A stretch of DNA of 64,000 nucleotides, taken from NCBI GenBank assembly GCA_964016885.1, contig OZ024747.1, forward strand, positions 72,292,001-72,356,000. The letters are read 5' to 3'. Every line of letters begins with the position of its first letter. The stretch's first letter is position 1. A model generated the notes under the pieces. That model saw only the letters and a list, made by a program, of their open reading frames with translations. It had not been told where the DNA came from and ran no database searches. The translations under genes were made by a program, and so were the position numbers. Shown piece by piece: positions 55,636-64,000 of the stretch. This DNA comes from Eledone cirrhosa (Eukaryota).

Positions 55636-56909
55636 ATTCACAAGAATCAAAGCTATGTTCAAAGCATTTATTCACTTATAATTGTTTCATCCAAACCACT
55701 TGCTTCCATCCTATTACACAACACTAGATATAAAAAAAAGAAAGCCCGGTTATAAACAGAGACGGCGTGGTCACACCTAGTTTACTTTATGACATTTGTA
55801 AAATCTATCAATGTTGTATTGCACTTTGGGTGTTGATTTCTGGTTTAAGGTCACTTCAATGTATTAATGAACAATACATGTTGTTCCTTCTATAATATAC
55901 TACTACACATCAAAGAGCAGTGTTATCATGACTGAACCACATTGAATTGACTAATACTAGATAATAAAAATGAATCACAATATAGTCTTCATGTTTGCTG
56001 TGCTTACGATTGTAAATTCACGAGTTCTATTGTATGACCAGGAGGCAGTTTGTGTCTTTATTTTCCGTTGTTCCAGTCCACTCATCTGGCAAAACAATGA
56101 GTTGTACCTATAATTCAAGGGGCCAGTTCTGTCCCATATTGTGTTACTCTGAATTGCTCAACAAGTTCTTTGTCCCTCTGATTTGGAAAAAAATGTCTTT
56201 CGTCGGCGGTCTTCAATTTTTATGTAACTTGTGTGCAGCGAAACAATTCTTCAAAGATTCTCATCTGAATCATCATTGCAGTAAATTTATATTGGAGATT
56301 TTACTGAAGATGAATGAAAAAATAATTTCATACTAAGAATGATAGGGGAAGGCGCAGGGAGCGGTAAATTCTGCACCCCTGTCTAAGTGGTGCATCTCAA
56401 CTGCATCCAGCGAACAAGATATGGAAAGCATTGCCGTGAAGAACAGACAGCGGGACTCACTGTGTCAGTCACTCCCACCTCTCAGGTTCCTTCCTTGGCT
56501 GAGGTGCAGTCCTCTCGATTTTGCGGAGGAAAATAGCAGTTCAAGAACCGAGGACACTAAAGGCCACGTCCGTGACAGACAGGAAAATCTAACGGTCTGT
56601 CAGATCCATCTATCTAACTATAGAAAATATTGTGAGTTTTTGTCATATCTGATGCTAGGGTTTACAACCTTCTCCAGAAAAAATAGAATTGTATATCTTT
56701 CAGTTCTTTCTTACAAGGAGTAAATCTTCAGTATTTTAAATCACTCTCAATAATCTTGGTCTTCAAGGGGATAAATTTTAGGCGGTATTACACGAGTACT
56801 AATCCACCGAGATTCGAACCTGCGAATAATCGGATTGAATTGTGGATAATTTGCTAATTCAGTTAATTCTGACATAATAATTGAAGACATTCACATAATC
56901 AAAATATAT

Positions 56910-56973
56910 GTTTTATTATATATATTTCGAAGGTACTGTGCTGTTTTTTCAGTACGTCCTCGTCAGATAAAAT
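56910..56973 (-). ncRNA. Hammerhead ribozyme (family B variant)
   Basis: Reverse complement: CTGACGA-ggacgtactg..cagtaccttc-GAAA-tatata-TA-ataaaac. Confidence 0.8.
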
Positions 56974-57430
56974 ACATGAATTGATGTATGACATACCTCA
57001 ACGGTCTTGATAGTTCAATTCCAGTATTAGTAGTTATTTATTACAACAAATCTCAACATTTATATACCACAAATAATAACATGATAAACTTAAAGTTAAA
57101 GAAGAAGAGGGTGTGGAGCGAGATATGGGTATATGAAGGGGGTGAATATGAGGAAATGCAAGAAGAAAATAAATAAATACATACATACATAAATATTTAA
57201 ATGTGTAAACAGAAGTATTAGGGAAGAAATATATAAAAGGAAAAAGGAAGAGAGAGAGAGAAGAGAGAAGAGAGAAGAGAGAAGAAGAAAAAATAAATAA
57301 CCACAAAAAAGAAAGAAAGAAATGAGGTGAGTAGGTATAAAGACCGTTGTTTTCAAATATTAAGTCAAATTGAGGCAACCAATTAAATAACATGAAATGT
57401 TTAATATCTTTTGTATACATCAATTCATGT

Positions 57431-57496
57431 ATTTTATCTGACGAGGACGTACTGAAAAAACAGCACAGTACCTTCGAAATATATATATAATAAAAC
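57431..57496 (+). ncRNA. Hammerhead ribozyme (family B variant)
   Basis: attttat-CTGACGA-ggacgtactg..cagtaccttc-GAAA-tatatata-TA-ataaaac. Confidence 0.8.
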
Positions 57497-57635
57497 ATAT
57501 ATTTTTATTACGTGAATTTCTTCATTTATTATTATTCTGAATAATTATAACTCCAGAAAATTTTCTTCTAGAGTGCTTTTAATCTATTGTAAAACTATAT
57601 TCATTGAGCAATCCATGAACCATATTAATCTTTGG

Positions 57636-57678
<43 letters not shown>

Positions 57679-57692
57679 CACACATACACACA

Positions 57693-57740
<48 letters not shown>

Positions 57741-57821
57741 AAAGTTTTATTTAAAATTGTTGGGTTACAACGAGTAAATATTTTATAACTGATATAAAGC
57801 ACTCAACAAGTTTTGGAGTAG

Positions 57822-58139
57822 ATATACGATATTAAACAAATGGAAACTATATTTATAAAACCATATTTATTTCATTATACATATTTCAGGGATACCATAT
57901 TAAAAATATGGCATGCCTTCTTCAGATAAAATACAATATATAAGCAGTTTTATAAATAAATTTGACGTACCATAAAATATTGATCAACTTCCATTTAAAA
58001 AAGTTTTAACAAACCAACTTTTTTAAATGGAAGTTGATCAATATTTTATGGTATGCCATATTTTTAATATGGTATCCCTGAAATATGTATAATGAAATAA
58101 ATATGGTTTTATAAATATAGTTTCCATTTGTTTAATATC

Positions 58140-58143
<4 letters not shown>
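57822..58143. mobile_element. Family A fold-back; intact HHR on the minus strand at 57868-57933
   Basis: Reverse complement CTGAAGA-aggcatgccata..tatggtatccct-GAAA-tatgta-TA-atgaaata; the right arm lacks the CTGANGA segment. Confidence 0.8.
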
Positions 58144-58185
<42 letters not shown>

Positions 58186-58553
58186 AGAGAGAAAGAGAGT
58201 GAGATAGAGTGATAGAGGGAGAAACTTAGATAAATAGAAACGGGACTGTTCCATCTGCAAGAAACAAAATTGCGTTATGTGAGAATACATCCCTGCATGA
58301 ATTTGAAACTAATTGAACAGAGTCCACTTGATAAGATCTTCGGAATAATTGACGTAACAATTATATGTTTATTAGCTGGTCAAGTAATGCTAAATTAGAC
58401 TTACAAACATTTCAATGTCCTTTCTTTCTTTACACCCTAATAGCGATAAGGATTCAAATTACAGTCTCCTCCTTGATAGGGAGTTTAATGGCGTCATTTG
58501 ATCCCTTTTAATTATGTAACATGCCAAACAAACATTTATTCTGAATAACTTAC

Positions 58554-58627
58554 ACAGCTTATAAAGGAAAGAAGCCGATCGTCAGATAACTTTTCCATTG
58601 GTCTTTCCATTTCTGGTGCTACACTAT
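58554..58627 (-). CDS. Candidate internal exon of an unidentified host gene
   Basis: ttttcAG acceptor, 74 nt open as (D)SVAPEMERPMEKLSDDRLLSFISC, GTAAGT donor; no homology recognised. Confidence 0.25.
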
Positions 58628-58642
58628 CTGAAAATTTGACGA

Positions 58643-58958
58643 GATCTAGACCAAATCTACCAGATCTAGATCAGATCTAGGCTAGATCTAGACCAGACCT
58701 AGACCAGATCTAGACCAGACCTAGACTGATCTAGACCAGATCTATACCAGATCTAGTCCAGACCTAGACAAGATCTAGACCAGATCTAGACCAGATCTAG
58801 ACCAAATCTAGACCAGATCAGGACCAGACCGTGACCAGATCTAGACTAGACCTAGACTGATCTAGACCAGATTTAGACCAGATTTAGACAAGATCTAGAC
58901 TTGATCTAAACCAGATCTAGATAAAATCTAGACCAGATCTAGACCAGATCTACACCAG
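58643..58958. repeat. 11-bp (atctagaccag)-type tandem repeat
   Basis: Directly visible, roughly 28 degenerate units. Confidence 0.9.
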
Positions 58959-59051
58959 GTATGCATCTATTATAAAACAAAAACATAGATCAGCTTTGTT
59001 TAGTTTCCCTTGGGACTAAACAACATCAACATCTAGACTAAACAACATCAA

Positions 59052-60150
59052 CAACTTGAGCAACAACCATGTTCTCACGGCATTGATATCAAAGACACGA
59101 AAAAATCAAAAAGTAAAATAGAACAAAAATAAATAAATCAAAATAAAAAAAGATGATTAACAGATCGTTTAACTGATGATTCAGTTGTTGTTTTTTTTTT
59201 TTGTTTTTTTTCAGTGCTCTGGTCACAACTCCAGACAGAAGAGAGTAGGATTTGAGCTAAGAATGCTCACTTTCAAAAAAGGGAAGTTGATTTTACTCAA
59301 ATCCGATCGAGTTAGATGTGAAATGGTTATAAAAAAAAAACAAAAAAAACTGGTACTTTATTTTACCGACCCTGAAAGGATGAAAGACAAAGTTAACCTC
59401 GGTGCGATTTGAACTCAGAACATATATAATATAATTGTTTCTAGTTTTGGCACAAGACCAGCAATTATCTCAGTGTATTACTGGTACTTTATTTTATCGA
59501 CCCGTAAGGATGAAAGGCAAAGTTAACCTCGGCGGGATATAATATGATAATGGTTTCTTATATACGCACAAGGCCAGCAATTTTGTGGGAGGAGAAAGTT
59601 AATTAAATCGACCCAGTGCGTGACTGGTACTTTATTTTATCGACTCCGTAAGGAGTACAGACAAAGCTAACCTCGGTGGGATTTGAACCCAGAACATATA
59701 TAATATAGTATAATATAATTGTTTCTACTTTCAGCACAAGGCCGGCAATCACCCCGTACATTACTGGTACTTTATTTTATCGACCCTGTAAGGATGAAAG
59801 GCAAAGTCAACCTCGGCGGGATTTGAACTCAGATCGTAAAGGGACGTAACTATGCTGGAAAGCATGGCGTCCGACCCTCCACCGATACTGCCAATCCACC
59901 GCCCGTGTATATAATATAATATAATGTAATAATAAGGACGTAAATGAATTAGTAATAGTTATAATTGGAAAAAAAAAGAAAGAACAAATAATATAATAAT
60001 AATATTAGTAAACAAATAGTAATGCCAAAGCCACAACAAAACCAACAACTCCACAACAACACCAACACCACCACCACCACCACAACCACCACCACCACAA
60101 CCACCACCAACACCACCACAACAACAACACCAACAACACCAACAACACCA
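59052..60150. repeat. Partner copy of the inverted duplication, with minus-strand SINE cluster at ~59350-59905
   Basis: See 54459-55560. Confidence 0.9.
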
Positions 60151-60469
60151 CCACAACAACACCACCAACAACACCAACACAACAACAGCAACACCAACAC
60201 AAGAACAGCACCACAACACCACTAACAACAACACCAAGAACAACACCACCACAACAACAACACCACCAACAACAACATGGCTGTGCTACAATAGCAGAAT
60301 TAATACAGAAGACGCCAGAACCTTCTCCAATGTTAGAATGTTAGAAACGCATGTTAGAATGTTAGAAACGCATTTTACCAAAATTAATTGATTTTTCTGT
60401 CGGTAGGCATTCTCATTGTACTGAGAAGTCTTGGAATGAAAAAACCTTACTGCGTTTTAATAACTTTAT

Positions 60470-61800
60470 AGTTGTTGTTGGTGGTGGAGGTGTTGGTAGT
60501 GGTGTTGGTGGTGGAGGTGTTGGTGGTGGTGGTGTTGGTGGTGGTGTTGTTGGTGGCGGTGTTGGTGTTGGTGGTGTTGTTGATGGTGGAAGTGTTGGTG
60601 GTGGTGTTGTTGGTGGCGGTGTTGGTGGTGTTGGTGTTGTTGTTGTTGGTGGTGGCGATGTTGGTGGTGGTGTTGGTGGTGTTGGTGTTGGTTGTGGTGT
60701 TGGTGGTGGTGGTGTTGTTGTTGTTGTTGGTGGCGATGTTGGTGGAGGTGTTGGTGGTGGTGTTATTGGTGGCGGTGTTGGTGGTGGTCGTGTTGTTGTT
60801 GTTGGTGGTGGCGGTGTTGGTGGTGGTGTTGGTGGTGTTGGTGTTGGTGGTGGTGTTGATGGTGGTGGTGTTGTTGTTGTTGTTGGTGGCGATGTTGGTG
60901 GAGGTGTTGGTGGTGGTGTTATTGGTGGCGGTGTTGGTGGTGGTGGTGTTGTTGATGGTGGAAGTGTTGGTGGTGGTGTTGTTGGTGGCGGTGTTGGTGG
61001 TGGTGGTGTTGTTGTTGTTGTGGTGGTGGTGTTGGCGGTGGTGTTGGTGGTGGTGGTGTTGGTGGCGGTGTTGGTGGTGGTGGTGTTGTTGATGGTGGAA
61101 GTGTTGGTGGTGGTGTTGTTGGTGGCGGTGTTGGTGGTGTTGTTGTTGTTGTTGTGGTGGTGTTGGTGTTATTGTTGGTGGTATTGTTGTTGTTGTTGGT
61201 GTTGTTGTTGGTGATGTTGGTGGTGTTGTTGTTGTTGGTGGTGGTGTAGGTGGTGTTGTTGGTGGTGGTGGTGTTGGTGATGGTGGTGTTGTTGTTGTTG
61301 GTGGTGGTGTAGGTGGTGGTGGTAGGGGTAGTGGTGGTGTTGTTGTAGGTGGTGGTGGTGGTGGTGTTGTTTTTGTTGGTCTTGGTGTTGTTGTTGGTGG
61401 TGGTATTGTTGTTGTTGTTGGTGTTGTTGTTGGTGGTGTTGGTGTAGTGGTGGTGATGTTGGTGGTGGTGTTGTTGTTGGTGTTGGTGTAAGTGGTATTG
61501 TTGGTGGTGGTGATGTTGGTGGTGGTGGTGTTGTTGTTGGTGGTGCTGGTGTAGGTGGTGGTGTAGGTGGTGTTATTGTTGGTGGTGTTGGTGTGGTGGT
61601 AGTGATGTTGGTGGTGGTGTTGTTGTTGGTGGTGGTGGTGTAGGTGGTGGTGGTGGTGGTGTTTTTGGTGGTGTTGTTGTTGTTGGTGGTGGAGTAGGTT
61701 GTGTTGCTGGTGGTGGTGGTGTTGGTGGTGGTGGTGTTGTTGTTGGTGGCGGTGTTGTTGGTGATGGCGGTGTTGTTGCTGGTGTTGGTATTGGTAGTGT
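60470..61800. repeat. (GGT/TGT)n low-complexity tract
   Basis: Directly visible. Confidence 0.95.
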
Positions 61801-61824
61801 TATTTGAATTAATAAAGTTTTCTT

Positions 61825-62200
61825 ATATAGGCACAAGACCATCAATCTTGCAGGAGGGGAAAATCGATTAAATCAACCCAAGTGCGTGATTGGAACATTA
61901 TTTTATCGACCCGGTAAGGATGAAAGGCAAAGTTAACCTCGGCGGGATTTGAACTCAGAATGGCAAGGGCCGTAACTCTTGCCATTCTGAGTTCAAATCC
62001 CGCCGAGGTTAACTTTGCTTTTCATCCTTACGGGGTCGATAAAATAAAGTACCAGTAATACACTGGGTTATTGCTGGCCTTGTGCCTAAAGTAGAAACAA
62101 ATGATTTCTGATTTAGGCACCCAGCCAACAATTTTTGGGAAGAGGTAAGTCGATTAAATCGAGGCCCAGTGCATTCCTGGTACTTTATTTTGTCGACCCC
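61825..62200. mobile_element. Nin-type SINE cluster including a back-to-back inverted pair
   Basis: Minus copy to ~61978 abuts plus copy ~61978-62101; further minus fragment to 62200. Confidence 0.8.
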
Positions 62201-62725
62201 TCAACATACACCCTCCCCTCACCCCCGCCACCACACTCACCCTCCAGCATCTGGGCCACTACAACGTCGACAAACATGGCCTCAATCAACGCCACAGCAA
62301 ACAACGTGACCAACACCACCATCACCACCACCACTACCACCACCACCACCACCACCACCACCACCAACACCAACACCACCACCATCACCACCACCACCAT
62401 ATATATTATAGTATATTCATGTCACGTCATGACCTGGCTTCCTCCGGTTAAAGATAATCTGCAACACAATATGCATACATATATATATACATACACACAC
62501 ACACACTTGTACATATACATATATATATATATATGTGTGTTTGTGTCTATATTGTATCTGTATTATTTTTGACCGTCGGTCAGTTAATGGCAACATTGAG
62601 GACCGAATAAATTAAATTAACTGATATAAAAGACACAGAAGCGAGAAGCGAAAACCAACCAAACAGTGAGTGTGTTCTGTTATTAATTCTGGCAATATTA
62701 CACAAATATGACCCTCCCCAAGTAT

Positions 62726-62803
<78 letters not shown>

Positions 62804-62842
62804 GATATTAACAAATGGAAACTATATTTATAAAACCATATC

Positions 62843-62907
62843 TATTTTATTATACATATTTCAAGGATACCATGTTAAATTATGGTATGCTTTCATCAGA
62901 CAAAATA
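62843..62907 (-). ncRNA. Hammerhead ribozyme (family A) in unit 62800-62960
   Basis: Reverse complement: tattttgt-CTGATGA-aagcatacca..tggtatcctt-GAAA-tatgta-TA-ataaaata. Confidence 0.8.
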
Positions 62908-63033
62908 CAATATATACCAGTTTTATAAATAAATATTGACATACTCTTTCAAAATGCAACCGTTACTTTTGGAAGACATCAGGGATAGTGAATTTGTTTA
63001 TCTTAGTAAGTCGTTATATATATATATATATAT

Positions 63034-64000
63034 ATTGTTATACTTGGAGAGGGTCATATTTGTGTAATATTGCCAGAATTAATAACACTTACTATTTGGT
63101 TGGTTTTCGCTTTTCGCTTCTGTGTCTTTTATATCGGTAATCTAATTTATTCGGTCCTCAATGTTGCCATTGACTGACCAACGGTCAAAAATAATGCAGA
63201 TACAATATAGACACAAACACAAATATATAGTTTATCAAAGTTCTTTCGTTGCACATCTGCAACATCGTCAGTGGTGCTATAGATTCCTCCCGTTGCATTG
63301 TATTTCTACGCCATCTTTATTTAGTCTGTTTATATATTTATTTAATTATTTCTTTGTTTGTTTATTTTATTTTATTTTGTCTTCTTTGCGCATGCGTTTG
63401 CGTGTGTGTATAGTGTTTTGTTTGATGTGTGTTCGTGATTGGGTGACTGTGTATTGGTTAATGTATTCCATGTTTACTAGTGTGTGTTTATATGTGTTTG
63501 TTGTTATTGTGCTTGTGTATGTATTTATTTATTTATTTATTTATTTATCTATTTATTTATTTATTTATTTATTTATACTTCTCTTAGGTCAGTGTTGTTT
63601 GTTTGGGTGTTGTTGTTATTCCATTCATTCTTTCTGTTTAGTCTTGGCCTTCTAAGTTCTATTTCATTGGCCTCTCTGATTTGCCTATCTGCTGGGTCAT
63701 TTCTATGTTTAGATATTATTCTAATTTCTATGTTGTCTATGTTACCGTCGTGTTGTTGTTTGGCATGTTCGTATAGTACTAACCCGTTTTTTCGTCCTGT
63801 TAGTTCCCCCCAGTGTTGGTCTATCCTTTCACCTATGCTACGAGCTGTCTCGCCTATGTATGTTGTTGTCATGTTTCTGCAAGTACCCTCTGTACATCTT
63901 ATGCTATAGACTACGTTTCTAGTTTTACAGTTTATCCGGGGGTTTACCTTACATATGATACATTTACTGTGGGTTTTCTTAAAAGGGTAGGTTTTGCTGA
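63034..64000 (-). mobile_element. Penelope-like element (family C), GIY-YIG domain and pLTR, running off the window end
   Basis: NCKTRNVVYSIRC..YIGETARSIGERIDQH..EHAKQQH..RQIREA..PRLN; HHR at 63234-63275 (CTGACGA-tgttgca..tgcaac-GAAA-gaac-TT); inverted pLTR copy at ~62575-62731. Confidence 0.9.

Larger units (their letters stand above)
56880..57636. mobile_element. Family B unit with ~110-bp inverted arms and ~425-bp spacer
   Basis: 56880-56989 is inverted to 57415-57525. Confidence 0.8.

Overview
Eukaryotic (animal) AT-rich, microsatellite-saturated DNA. The Nin-domain tRNA-SINE family and extreme (TA)n/(CA)n/(TATG)n density suggest a cephalopod (octopod-like) genome; this is inference. No intact host gene is evident, and almost all long ORFs in the track are low-complexity artefacts. 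Recognisable content: fragments of Penelope-like elements (PLEs, GIY-YIG), RTE, R4/Dong, CRE-like and Tx1/L1 LINEs, an internally deleted mariner, a pogo-like MITE, Helitron-type elements, about 20 copies or fragments of one SINE family, and several minisatellites. The most striking signal is about 16 well-formed minimal type I hammerhead ribozyme (HHR) motifs plus degenerate relics, from at least 7 sequence families. They sit in short, mostly non-coding, often fold-back PLE-derived units embedded in (TA)n tracts, and include one tandem HHR pair with a retrozyme-like ~540-nt spacing. A ~1.1-kb local inverted duplication flanked by a long direct repeat is also present. Coordinates were read by eye and element boundaries are approximate.
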